From Bryobacterales bacterium (GTDB lineage Bacteria > Acidobacteriota > Terriglobia > Bryobacterales > UBA6623), in assembly GCA_022823865.1 (NCBI GenBank), contig JAJEHF010000215.1, forward strand, positions 2,924-66,923: a stretch of DNA of 64,000 nt. Reading direction: 5' to 3'. Every line of letters begins with the position of its first letter. Position 1 is the stretch's first letter. The position numbers and the translations under genes were made by a program. Below, piece by piece: positions 36,289 to 45,881 of the stretch. Under the pieces are notes generated by a model. The model ran no database searches, was not told where the DNA came from, and saw nothing but the letters and a program-made list of their open reading frames with translations.

Positions 36289-36948
36289 CTAGTCGAGCAC
36301 CTTGACGCGGATGTTCTTGTACATTACGACGCTGCCGGGATCGTGACCTTGCAGGGCGAACGTGCCAGTGTCCAGCTTGCGCAGGGGAAAGTTCTGACCG
36401 CGACCGCTCGAGAGCGGGCGCAGGCCATCCCAGTCGTCCGGCTGGACCCAGTTGGTTACCAGGTCGTCGTTGACGTAGATCTTGACGCTGTTGCCGCGCA
36501 CGACGATGTGCTCTGTGAACCATTCGTCGTCTTTCGCCGGCGGCACTAGGTTGTCGGAGACTCCGTACAGCCCGCCCGTCTTGCGAGGGTCCCGGTCGAA
36601 CGTATTGTTGACTTGGACTTCGAAGCCCTTGTCCGGCCAGCCGGTCTCCTGATAGGCGGTATGGAAGTAGATTCCGCCGTTGGAATTGTTCTTGGCGAGC
36701 ACGTCGACCTTAAGTTCGAAGTTGCGGAAGTTGGCGCCGGCCACCTTGCCGTCATAGAACAGGTGAGCGCGGGGGCCTTGGGCAAGAATCACGCCGTCCT
36801 TGATCTTGAATGTGTCGGGGTTTTCCGTGCTCAACTTCCAGCCGTCAAAGCTGGAGCCGTCCCAAAGGTCGACCCACCCGTCCTCATCGGCGAACGACGG
36901 GGACGCGAGCAAAGCGACAGCGCAAGCAACGTGAATCAGTACTCTCAT
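36289..36948 (-). CDS. Secreted DUF1080 / 3-keto-disaccharide hydrolase-like protein
   Basis: Signal peptide, then ...GWVDLWDGSSFDGWK...FKIKDGVI...FELKVD...NSNGGIYFH..., the typical DUF1080 pattern. Confidence 0.75.
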   Translation of the reverse strand: MRVLIHVACAVALLASPSFADEDGWVDLWDGSSFDGWKLSTENPDTFKIKDGVILAQGPRAHLFYDGKVAGANFRNFELKVDVLAKNNSNGGIYFHTAYQETGWPDKGFEVQVNNTFDRDPRKTGGLYGVSDNLVPPAKDDEWFTEHIVVRGNSVKIYVNDDLVTNWVQPDDWDGLRPLSSGRGQNFPLRKLDTGTFALQGHDPGSVVMYKNIRVKVLD

Positions 36949-37119
36949 AACACGGTCATTGTACTAGAGCACCCCATGCTCCCAGCCGGGAGCCGGCCTC
37001 TTTCGGGATCGAGCTCATCCACCCTCGCGCATCCTGAGTCGCGCCTTCGCTGCGTCCAATGCAGGGTTCCGCGCCTGAGCCGGTCCGGCCGGTCCCTGCG
37101 GCGGGCCTTTCGCTGCTAT

Positions 37120-39036
37120 ATGATGGCGGGCAACACCATGCCATACCGCCCCACTCGGCGAGCGTTCATGCAAAGCGCCGCCCTGTCCACCGCGGCGCTG
37201 TACGCGCGGCCAGCCAGCTCTTACATCTCCGCCGCTGGCGACTGGCGCCACTACGGCGGCTCGCTGGGAGCCACGCGCTACTCCGAACTGGACCAGATCA
37301 ACCGCTCCAACGTCTCCGAACTCAAAGTTGCCTGGGTTCACGCGACCGGCGACAGCCAAGCCCGTCCTGCGACCAAGATCGAATGCACGCCAATCGTGGT
37401 CGATGGCCGCATGTATGTCACCACTGCCCAAGTGCAGGTCCGGGCACTCGATGCGACCACTGGGGAGATGCTCTGGAACTTCGACCCCTTCGAGGGGATC
37501 CAGATGCGCCGCTCGAAGGGAGTAAACCGAGGCGTGGCGTATTGGTCTGACGGCAACGACCGACGCATCTTCATGTCCGGGTCAGCGCAGGACTACCTGT
37601 ACTGTCTCGATGCCGATACCGGCAAGTTGGTGCCGGAGTTTGCGGATGGCGGCGTACTCGACATGAAACTGCACCTAGATCGCGACATGCCGGACTCCGT
37701 TCGTTCCTACTACGCCAGCCCTCCGGTGATCTTTGAAGACATGCTTCTGCTGGGCGGCGGGTCCGGCAGCGAAGGGCCGGCACCAGCCGCCCCCGGGCAC
37801 ATCCGCGCATTCGACGTGCGCACGGGCAAGCGGCTGTGGATCTTCCACACAATTCCGCACCCGGGCGAATTCGGCTACGAAACTTGGGGCAAGGACAGTT
37901 GGAAGACCGCCGGCGGCGCGAACAACTGGGGCGGTATGAGCCTCGATCCAGAGCGCGGGTGGCTGTTCGTCTCGACCGGATCGCCGACATACGACTTCTA
38001 CGGCGCGGACAGGCCGGGGGCCAATCTCTTCGGGAACTGCGTCATCGCCTTGGACGCACGCACTGGCGAACGCCAGTGGCACTACCAAACGATTCACCAC
38101 GACCTATGGGACTACGACCTTCCCGCACAGCCCGTGCTGGCACGGCGCAAGAACGGCGATCAGTGGCAAGACCTGGTAGTGCAGATCTCCAAACAGGCCT
38201 TCTGGTACATCTTCGACCGCGCCAGCGGCGAGCCGATCTGGGAGATCGAGGAGCGGCCGGTGCCCGACTCGGACATGGAGGGCGAGCACGTCTACCCGAC
38301 GCAGCCGTTCCCGACGAAGCCACCGCCGTTCGCGCGCCAGGGCTTCGAGAACGACGACTACATCACGGACATTTCCGAAGAGTCGCGCGAGTACATCAAG
38401 AGGCGCCTGAAGGACCTGCGACGGGGAATGCTCTATACGCCGCCCAGTCGCGGCGGAACGGTGTATAACCCGGGAACCGTCGGAGGAACCATCTGGGGCG
38501 GGACCAGCCACGATCCCGAGGCCGGCCTGATGTTCATCAACACCAACAACTGGCCGAAGTTCTTCACGCTCGTGGACGCACCCGAGGGGCTCGGCTACCC
38601 GCTCATGCATACCGGCTATCCGTTCTTCGTCGATCAGGACAAGTATTCCGCAGCCAAGCCGCCGTGGGGCGAACTGCTGTGCTTGGACCTGGCAAGCGGC
38701 GATTACCTCTGGCGCAGGCCAATCGGCGAGTATGCGGAGCTGAAGGCCAGGGGCATCGAAGGAACGGGCACATTCAACGTCGGCGGCTCGATCGTCACCA
38801 AGGGCGGGCTGCTATTCCTCGGCGCGACGCAGGACGAGAAGTTCCGGGCGTTTGATACCAGCTCGGGGAAGATCCTGTTCGAACACCAGCTCTCAGCTGG
38901 AGGCTACGCCACGCCATCCACCTATGCCGTCGATGGCAAGCAGTACGTGGTCATCGCCGCCGGTGGCGGAGGACGCGACATTGGCAGCGGAGGAAGGAAG
39001 TCGGGTGATGAGTTCGTGGCATTCAGGCTCGAGTAG
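37120..39036 (+). CDS. PQQ-dependent (quinoprotein) dehydrogenase, Tat-exported
   Basis: Start moved to the ATG at 37120, because the upstream part of ORF 36613 is antisense to the DUF1080 gene. Tat-like RRAFMQSAALS and beta-propeller W-motifs (...HHDLWDYD...). 638 aa. Confidence 0.8.
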   Translation: MMAGNTMPYRPTRRAFMQSAALSTAALYARPASSYISAAGDWRHYGGSLGATRYSELDQINRSNVSELKVAWVHATGDSQARPATKIECTPIVVDGRMYVTTAQVQVRALDATTGEMLWNFDPFEGIQMRRSKGVNRGVAYWSDGNDRRIFMSGSAQDYLYCLDADTGKLVPEFADGGVLDMKLHLDRDMPDSVRSYYASPPVIFEDMLLLGGGSGSEGPAPAAPGHIRAFDVRTGKRLWIFHTIPHPGEFGYETWGKDSWKTAGGANNWGGMSLDPERGWLFVSTGSPTYDFYGADRPGANLFGNCVIALDARTGERQWHYQTIHHDLWDYDLPAQPVLARRKNGDQWQDLVVQISKQAFWYIFDRASGEPIWEIEERPVPDSDMEGEHVYPTQPFPTKPPPFARQGFENDDYITDISEESREYIKRRLKDLRRGMLYTPPSRGGTVYNPGTVGGTIWGGTSHDPEAGLMFINTNNWPKFFTLVDAPEGLGYPLMHTGYPFFVDQDKYSAAKPPWGELLCLDLASGDYLWRRPIGEYAELKARGIEGTGTFNVGGSIVTKGGLLFLGATQDEKFRAFDTSSGKILFEHQLSAGGYATPSTYAVDGKQYVVIAAGGGGRDIGSGGRKSGDEFVAFRLE

Positions 39037-39113
39037 CCGACCGGCAAGATGGGCTGGACTCTTCCGACGCGGCGCGTGCGCATAGATCAGTGCGCTCGTC
39101 TCGATGAAGGCTG

Positions 39114-39344
39114 TCAGCGGGCGTTGACTTCATCTCGATCGAAACTGTAGCCGTCGGGCATGGGACATGCACGGGCTCCCATGCGGCCGATCGCCTGCAC
39201 CCGGATCTCGGGCTTCGCCACTACAATGCGGGTCGGAGTAGCCGCCACGACTTCCAGTTCGTCGCCTGGCTTCAGACCTAGTGCGTTGACCAATTTCTGT
39301 GGCAGCCGCACTCCCAAGCTATTGCCCCACCTCGAAACCGCCAT
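39114..39344 (-). CDS. AbrB/MazE/SpoVT-family antitoxin-like DNA-binding protein (no cognate toxin present)
   Basis: MAVSRWGNSLGVRLPQKLVNALGLKPGDELEV is the swapped-hairpin AbrB/MazE signature. Only 77 nt separate its stop from the next gene. Confidence 0.7.
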   Translation of the reverse strand: MAVSRWGNSLGVRLPQKLVNALGLKPGDELEVVAATPTRIVVAKPEIRVQAIGRMGARACPMPDGYSFDRDEVNAR

Positions 39345-39461
39345 GGTGTTTCACGACATCCTTGTCCACGAGGATATCGCCGTCTGCACCGGCCACGGGC
39401 CGACAGCCGACCGCTACAAATCGACCAAGCTGTCCTAGGCGGCGTCCACGCAACCGGCACT

Positions 39462-42389
39462 CTATCCGACCCCATGGAACGCCTTGCCGAAGACTTCCCG
39501 CACCTGCTTCCTCGTTGCATCGACGATCTCCGCCAAGGAGCCCTGGCGGGCCTCGTTGGGAAGCCAGCGGGAGACTAGCGCCCCGAGCAGCTCGCGCTGC
39601 CATTCCGTGGGCGGCAGGTCATGGGCCGAAGTCCCGGTCGACACACGCACGCCGTGGTCGAGGGAGCGGAGCACTCGCGTGGCGTGCAGCAGCGTGTCCA
39701 AGTCAGGTCCGAACGCCGGATCGGTCTTGCGTATGATCTCGATCCTCTGCGGCGTATTGAGCGATTCGTAGAACGCCTCGGCGTGGCGCAGTCGCCAGTA
39801 GAGCAGGATGAAGTCGATGTCGTAATAGCCGCCAGGGCCGGACTTGAGCGGCTTGGCCGCACCCTGTTCCGCCTCGAGGCGCATACGCATTCGCAGCAGC
39901 AGCGCGGCAAACTCGTCTTCGTGGGAAAAGCGCTGCCACAGCACATCTTGCAACTTGGCCAAGAATTCCCTTCCCACTTCCGCGTCGCCAGTAATGTTGC
40001 GAGCCTTCATGTAGGTAATCGCTTCCCACGACTCGGCCTTGCCAGAGAAATACGCCAAGAACTGCGCCTCTGTCTGGACCAAGTCGCCGTTCCGGCCCAA
40101 CGGTCGCAGCCGAGCATCGATCGTAAACATCTGGCCATCGGCCGTATAGCTGCTGACAATGTCGATGATCCGGTTGGCGACCAGCGTCCAGAGCTGGATG
40201 CGGGGAGCTTCGCTGTCGGGGATCACGAAGGCTACGTCGGCGTCAGAGCCGAAGTCGAACTCGCGCATGCCCAGCCGACCGAGAGCGATGACGCGGATCG
40301 CCCGAGTCGGGTCAATGGCCTCGCGCTTCTGCGCAGCTGCTTCTCGCGTCGCAAGCGCGTGGGCCGCTCGCATGATGCCTTCGGCTAGGTCGCTGGAGTT
40401 CGAGAGCGTCGCGAATACATCGTCCCCGTCGCAGATGCTGCGGGTTTGGATCGATAGCATCTGGCGCCGATACAAGCGCCGCAGAGCGCCGGCGGTATCG
40501 TCCGGGTCTTGGTCGACCGCCATGATGTGCTCAAGCGAGCGCGGCATGGGCTCTGCGGTCTCCCCAACATCTCCGGCGATGACGGCGAGGTCTTCGGGGA
40601 AGCGCAACAGGTAGCCGCCGAAGTGGCTGCTGTAGTCCACCAATTGCGCGATTCGCGGTACCACATCCGGATTGCCGGACAACACTTGCAGCACGGAGGG
40701 CATCCCGACGATCCTCTCCAAGAGCTGCTCCAGCATGCGGTTGCCCCACCGCAGATTGACGCTGTCGAAACTCTCCGCAAGAGGTGCCGAGAACTGCCGC
40801 AGGCGCGGCAGGTGGACCCGCCACACCGACGACGCGATCGGGGCCGCACGGTCTGACGAGGCTGATTGGTGCCCGGGCGAAGGTTGCACCCTGGCCGTGG
40901 GCTTGACGGCGGGCTCTCGCTGGCCGCGTATCACCCGGTCGTAGATTTCGCTCACCGACCGGCAGCAGTCCTCGATGTCGGATCGCAGTGACGCGGGGGC
41001 TTCCGGGCTCCGGCCCTTGCCCATCTGAATCGCTACGCGGCAGGCCGCTTCTTCGTTCGTCGGCAGTTGGTGCGTCTGCTGGTTATTCGCCAGCTGCAGC
41101 CGGTGCTCCACCGTCCTGAGAAAACTGTAAGCGCGGAAGAGCCTGCCGTAGTCGTGGTCAGCGAGATACCCTTTCTCCCGCAAGCGATGCAGCGCGTACA
41201 TCGTGCCGCCGCTGCGCAAGAACGTGTCCTGCCCACCGTGCAATCGCTGCAAGCACTGCACCAGAAACTCAATGTCGCGGATGCCGCCCGGGTCCAGCTT
41301 GACGTCCAACGCCGTGGCCGGCCGTGACCTGCGCGCCTTCTGGATGCGGTCGCGCGTGACCGCAAGGGTCTCGATTTGCGAAAAGTCCGTGGTCGTGCGG
41401 TAAATGCGCGGCGTGACGACATCAAGAAACATGCGCCCCAGCCTCAGGTCGCCCGCCACCGGCCGGGCTTTGAGCAGCATCTGCAACTCCCAGTCGCGCG
41501 CCCGCTGGAAGTAGTAGTGCGTCGCGGCTGAGATCGGGTACACCAGCTCCCCCGCGTTCCCTTCCGGGCGCAGCCTGAGGTCAATCCGGTAGCTGAAGCC
41601 CTCCGGCGTGACGACCGAGAGCATGTTAGTTAGCCGCTTGGCCAGCTTCACGGTGAAGTCGCGGTTGGTCGTCACTACCGGCCCGTGCGTATTGCCATCG
41701 CCCGTGTGGATATACATCAGGTCAACGTCGGAACTGTAGTTCAGCTCTGCCCCGCCGAGCTTGCCCAGCGCTATGACCGCAAATCCGCAGATGATCTGCC
41801 CCTCGCGGGCGTCGCACAGCGGCCGGCCGAAGCGCCGCACCAGCTGCTGGCGGATATGGTCGTGCGCTGCCTGGATCAGGGCGTCCGCCAAGCTAGAGAG
41901 GTCCCGCGCGGTCTCGGCCAAGGGAGCGAAGCCGAGCAGGTCTCGCATCGCGATCCGCAACATGTGCCGCCGCTTCAGCCGCGCCAGCTGCACTGCGACC
42001 ACCTCGTCGGAGGCATCGGCATAGAAGGAGCCGATTTCCGAGCGGAGCTCGCCGGCAATGGTGGGCCGCTCGAGATTCTCCGGCTCCAGCGCCCAGCGCA
42101 GCAGTTCGGGCTGGCCCAGCAGAAGGTTTGACAGGTAGCGGCTGTTGCTAAAGACCGTCAGCGCCGCATAGACTGCCTTGCCATCGAAATCTTCGGGACG
42201 GGTGCCGGGCGTCGTCTGTTCGCAGAACTGCAACAGGCGCTGCAGCGCGCCGACCGGATCCGGCAACGGGTCCAGAAGGCGGGGAATCCGAGCGATCGCA
42301 CGCCCGGAAAGGTGCTCTGAGAGGCCCTCAAGCAACGCGGGCACGCGCTCGTCGATGCTGGATCTGGCGACGACCGACATCGGCAGCAA
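39462..42389 (-). CDS. glnE: Bifunctional glutamine synthetase adenylyltransferase/adenylyl-removing enzyme
   Basis: 975 aa with two nucleotidyltransferase cores (GKLGGAELNYSSDVDL and GRLGMREFDFGSDADV), each followed by a GlnE helical domain. Confidence 0.9.
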   Translation of the reverse strand: MLPMSVVARSSIDERVPALLEGLSEHLSGRAIARIPRLLDPLPDPVGALQRLLQFCEQTTPGTRPEDFDGKAVYAALTVFSNSRYLSNLLLGQPELLRWALEPENLERPTIAGELRSEIGSFYADASDEVVAVQLARLKRRHMLRIAMRDLLGFAPLAETARDLSSLADALIQAAHDHIRQQLVRRFGRPLCDAREGQIICGFAVIALGKLGGAELNYSSDVDLMYIHTGDGNTHGPVVTTNRDFTVKLAKRLTNMLSVVTPEGFSYRIDLRLRPEGNAGELVYPISAATHYYFQRARDWELQMLLKARPVAGDLRLGRMFLDVVTPRIYRTTTDFSQIETLAVTRDRIQKARRSRPATALDVKLDPGGIRDIEFLVQCLQRLHGGQDTFLRSGGTMYALHRLREKGYLADHDYGRLFRAYSFLRTVEHRLQLANNQQTHQLPTNEEAACRVAIQMGKGRSPEAPASLRSDIEDCCRSVSEIYDRVIRGQREPAVKPTARVQPSPGHQSASSDRAAPIASSVWRVHLPRLRQFSAPLAESFDSVNLRWGNRMLEQLLERIVGMPSVLQVLSGNPDVVPRIAQLVDYSSHFGGYLLRFPEDLAVIAGDVGETAEPMPRSLEHIMAVDQDPDDTAGALRRLYRRQMLSIQTRSICDGDDVFATLSNSSDLAEGIMRAAHALATREAAAQKREAIDPTRAIRVIALGRLGMREFDFGSDADVAFVIPDSEAPRIQLWTLVANRIIDIVSSYTADGQMFTIDARLRPLGRNGDLVQTEAQFLAYFSGKAESWEAITYMKARNITGDAEVGREFLAKLQDVLWQRFSHEDEFAALLLRMRMRLEAEQGAAKPLKSGPGGYYDIDFILLYWRLRHAEAFYESLNTPQRIEIIRKTDPAFGPDLDTLLHATRVLRSLDHGVRVSTGTSAHDLPPTEWQRELLGALVSRWLPNEARQGSLAEIVDATRKQVREVFGKAFHGVG

Positions 42390-42470
42390 TCCGCAGAATA
42401 CCCCAGCGGCCGCCGGCGACCTGCGAGAATGACAAGATAGCGGCCCGCAATCCAGCGAGCCAACGAGGCA

Positions 42471-43271
42471 ATGCTCACACGCAGGATGTTCACACTCGGC
42501 GCGGCGGGCGCGGCGGCCCTCAGCGCCGAGACCCGCCAGGAAAAGGCCAAGCGGTTGGTCGACGAGGCGTTTGCGGCGATCGGCGGGCAGAAATTCCTAG
42601 ACATCCAGACCCAAGTTCGTGCCGGTCGGGCGTACTCCTTCTACAACCGACAGGTGCGCGGCACGGCCCGGATTACGATCTATGACCGCTTCGATGAAAT
42701 GCAGCCCGACGCAGGTGACGACTGGCTGCCGCTCAAGCGGCGCGAAGTCTATACCGAGAAGGGCGACTACTATGCGCTGTTCCTCAACGGCGCCGGGTTC
42801 GAAGTGACCTACCGGGGCACGGTGCCGCAGCCAGAGGACTACATGCAGCGATACCGCTTGGAGAGCCGGCGCGACATCTTCTACTTCATGCGTTACCGCA
42901 TGCAAGAACCCGGGCTGTACTACTACTACAACGGCACCGAGATCGTCGACAACGTGCCGGCCGACTCACTCGACATCGTGGACGCCGAGGGCGAGGCGAT
43001 CACGCTGTACCTGAGACAGGCGGACGGCTTGCCCTTGCAGCAGGAATACTTGCGGCGCGATCCCAAGACGCGCATACCGTACGAGGAGAAGTCCGTCTTC
43101 GGCCGCTACAAGCCGGTGGGCGACGTGTTGATGCCATGGATCATCCGGCGCGAGCGCGACGGAGACAAGGTCTTCGAGCTGTACGCCGACAGCTACGAAA
43201 TCAACCGTCCCCTGAGCGGAGACCTGTTCACTGTGCCGAACGACCTGCCGATGCTGCCGCCCAATCCGTAG
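42471..43271 (+). CDS. Secreted hypothetical protein
   Basis: 266-aa ORF with an N-terminal signal/Tat-like segment (MLTRRMFTLGAAGAAALSA). I can name no motif. Confidence 0.5.
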   Translation: MLTRRMFTLGAAGAAALSAETRQEKAKRLVDEAFAAIGGQKFLDIQTQVRAGRAYSFYNRQVRGTARITIYDRFDEMQPDAGDDWLPLKRREVYTEKGDYYALFLNGAGFEVTYRGTVPQPEDYMQRYRLESRRDIFYFMRYRMQEPGLYYYYNGTEIVDNVPADSLDIVDAEGEAITLYLRQADGLPLQQEYLRRDPKTRIPYEEKSVFGRYKPVGDVLMPWIIRRERDGDKVFELYADSYEINRPLSGDLFTVPNDLPMLPPNP

Positions 43272-43283
43272 CGCTCGAGCCCG

Positions 43284-43883
43284 CTAGCGGTTCAGCCAGC
43301 GGTCGGAGAGCTGGTGAACCGCAACGAACAGGGCGACCAGCAAAGCGCACGCGACCACAACCAGATATAAGTGGTCGGCGGCGAGCTCCATAGCCCTGTC
43401 GCCATAGCGGACGCCGAGAAACACCACCCCGAAATAGCGCACGACTCGCGAGAAGCCCACGGCAAGGCAGAACCACCCCAGAGGCATCTGGAAGATTCCG
43501 GCGGCCAAGACGACGGGCTTCATCGGCAGCGGGAGCGGGATCATGGCGACAGGAATCAGAGCGGCGGCACCCCACTTGCCGACCAAGTCACTCAGCCGCC
43601 TGATGCCGCGCTCGGTAATCCGCTTCCGGAGCATCGCCTGGCCCGCCCGCCGCGCCAAGTAATAGAGCGTCACGCTGCCGATCACGGATCCCACGGTGCC
43701 GAGCCCGGCCGCCCAGTAGGCGCTCTCGGGGGTGGCGATCGCCTGCGCCAAGAGCAGGGCGTCAACGCCCTGCGGCATGGGAATGAACGCGCTATCGGCC
43801 AGCGCGATCAGGAATACACCCCATGGTCCCAGAAAGCCCGCCGCGGCGGCCACCCACTCCCCAAGTTGACGGACGAATGCCAA
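43284..43883 (-). CDS. DedA/YqaA-family (VTT domain) membrane protein
   Basis: 199 aa and multi-TM. The pattern ...LADSAFIPMPQGVDALLL... and ...GKWGAAALIPVAMIPLPLPMKP... is typical of YqaA/DedA proteins. Confidence 0.65.
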   Translation of the reverse strand: MAFVRQLGEWVAAAAGFLGPWGVFLIALADSAFIPMPQGVDALLLAQAIATPESAYWAAGLGTVGSVIGSVTLYYLARRAGQAMLRKRITERGIRRLSDLVGKWGAAALIPVAMIPLPLPMKPVVLAAGIFQMPLGWFCLAVGFSRVVRYFGVVFLGVRYGDRAMELAADHLYLVVVACALLVALFVAVHQLSDRWLNR

Positions 43884-43924
43884 GGCGGTCGATTTCCCAT
43901 TGTGGCGTATATTCGGACACAGGC

Positions 43925-44767
43925 ATGCCGAGCGCCCGGGACGTCCCCCTGCACTCTCCCGTAGAGTTCCCCGCGGGCAGCCGTCTCGTGCGAGGCCACC
44001 TCGCCCGCAAGTCCCGTTCGCTCGCTCTGGTGGTGGCCGAGGATGGCCGGGAATACAACGTCCGTTGGCCGCTCCTGCAGCATCACCGATCCGGAGTGCG
44101 CAAGAACGTCAGCCTGGCCAGCGAGGAGCGCATGGCCGGCTTTCTCCCTGGAGCCGAAGTCTCGTTCCCGTCGCGCTCCGACACGCTGCGGGGTGTGGTC
44201 GTTCGCAATGGTCCGAAGCGCGCCCGCATCGCCTGCGATGGAACTGAGTACAGCGTGCCGTATGGCTTGCTCAAGGCGGTCGATTCACAGGCGCGGGAGA
44301 GCAACCAACGGCGGCTATCCAAGTGTGTCGCGGAAGCCGAGGCGCTCATCCAGCGGCACGGTCTGGATGGCTGGAGCTTCCAGTTCGACAGCGCCCAGAA
44401 ACGGGCCGGCGCGTGCGTGTTCAACACCAAGGTGATCAGCCTCTCACGCTTCTACTGCATCAAGGCCGGCGACGCTCAGGTTCGCGACACGATCCTGCAC
44501 GAAATCGCGCACGCACTGGCCGGTCCCAAGCACAACCATGACGCGACTTGGAAGCGGATAGCCCGCTCCATCGGCTGCACCGCCGACCGCTGCCACACTG
44601 TCGACTTCGCCCCGGCGAAGTACATCGCGTCGTGCTCTCGCTGCGGCTGGAACCAGAAGAAGAACCGCCGCCTGCGCGGGGGCGTGTGCAAGACTTGCGG
44701 CCAACCCGTGACCTACCGAAGGTTCACCGAGCGAGAGTGGGAGGCGTGTTCTCAGCAGCACGGCTGA
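43925..44767 (+). CDS. SprT-like zinc metalloprotease-domain protein with C-terminal Zn ribbon
   Basis: HExxH motif (ILHEIAHAL) and CSRCGW...CKTCG. Start moved to the ATG at 43925 to avoid overlapping the divergent gene. Confidence 0.7.
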   Translation: MPSARDVPLHSPVEFPAGSRLVRGHLARKSRSLALVVAEDGREYNVRWPLLQHHRSGVRKNVSLASEERMAGFLPGAEVSFPSRSDTLRGVVVRNGPKRARIACDGTEYSVPYGLLKAVDSQARESNQRRLSKCVAEAEALIQRHGLDGWSFQFDSAQKRAGACVFNTKVISLSRFYCIKAGDAQVRDTILHEIAHALAGPKHNHDATWKRIARSIGCTADRCHTVDFAPAKYIASCSRCGWNQKKNRRLRGGVCKTCGQPVTYRRFTEREWEACSQQHG

Positions 44768-44845
44768 TCCAAGTGACGGTAGGTCGCTCGTCGGCGAAAT
44801 GCCCGCGTCCTGAGTCTCGCCCCCAGTTGGCGCGTCGACAGAATA

Positions 44846-45733
44846 CTATGCTTCGATCCGGACTCGACCGCGGTCGAAGTCCCGTTTCAGGTGGCTATAT
44901 GGGTGGCGCCGGTCCTGCGGTCGCTTCAGCTTGACGCGTTCGACCCAGTCCTCATACGCGATTCCGGGATTCTGGAGAATGATCTCGAACGCAATGAATC
45001 TGTGGGAATCCGGTTGGTATGGATTCGCCTCAACCGTCGGAAACAACCGCTTTCCCTTAATGTCCCGCCAAAGTGGCCGATTGCTCACGGATTGAGACTG
45101 ACGGCGCTTCTCACGGATCTGAATCTGATAGTCGGCCGTCTCCTGAAGCGGTATGACCTGCTGCACGTCGAGGAATACGCTGTTGTCGTGCTTATACGCC
45201 GAGAGGCGGACGCATCGGATGTCGAGGTCGCTATCGTTTAGCCACATCACGGTCGTGGTGATCTCTTTCGAGAAGCCTTGGCTGACCAAGACGATTCGAA
45301 CGTTGCGCGCGAATCTCTCTTCATCCGCCTCGGCCCAACCTAGGAACTCAAGAATCAGCTGTTGCGGGTCGGATTCATCCTTGGTCGGATCCATGAAGTC
45401 GCGATAAGCTTCGACGGCCTGTTGGAACGTCATTGCGGACACCATCGCCGCATAGCGCAGCGCTTGTAGTTCCATATGGCCACCGTCCTGCGTGCGCTTC
45501 AGCTCGATGACGACCAGATCCCCACTGCGGTCCAGCCCGAGCAGGTCAATGCGTCTCGAGCTGCTGTCCCACTGGCTGTATTCCTCCGAGATGATGAGGG
45601 TATCCGGGGAGACGATGTCAATCTGGTCGCGAAGGATTCGCTGAAGATCCTCAGCTTCGCGGATCCCTTCCTGAACAAGCGACGTGTCGGCGAGTCGGTC
45701 GAGACCGTTTCCTGCCAACCGGTCGAGTGCCAT
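44846..45733 (-). CDS. PD-(D/E)xK (NucS/DUF91-like) nuclease-domain protein
   Basis: ...RRIDLLGLDRSGDLVVIELKRTQDGGHMELQALRYAAMV... carries the D...E-x-K nuclease core. The gene looks AT-richer than its neighbours by eye. Confidence 0.6.
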   Translation of the reverse strand: MALDRLAGNGLDRLADTSLVQEGIREAEDLQRILRDQIDIVSPDTLIISEEYSQWDSSSRRIDLLGLDRSGDLVVIELKRTQDGGHMELQALRYAAMVSAMTFQQAVEAYRDFMDPTKDESDPQQLILEFLGWAEADEERFARNVRIVLVSQGFSKEITTTVMWLNDSDLDIRCVRLSAYKHDNSVFLDVQQVIPLQETADYQIQIREKRRQSQSVSNRPLWRDIKGKRLFPTVEANPYQPDSHRFIAFEIILQNPGIAYEDWVERVKLKRPQDRRHPYSHLKRDFDRGRVRIEA

Positions 45734-45881
45734 AGATCCTCACTTTAGACCGCTGAGGCTGAATCCGACACAGATCAGCCGGCCTCTCTTTTCCTGTCCT
45801 AGACCATGGGTGGGGCTGGGCCTACGACGAGCCAATGCCTCGTTTGCGGTGTCGAGCACCCCGTCCACTACACCGGACTCA

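Noticed and set aside
36613-37119. The 169-codon N-terminal extension of the PQQ-dehydrogenase ORF.
   Set aside because: It is entirely antisense to the DUF1080 gene and the divergent promoter region. The Tat signal (RRAFMQSAA) follows the ATG at 37120 immediately, which fixes the real start there.
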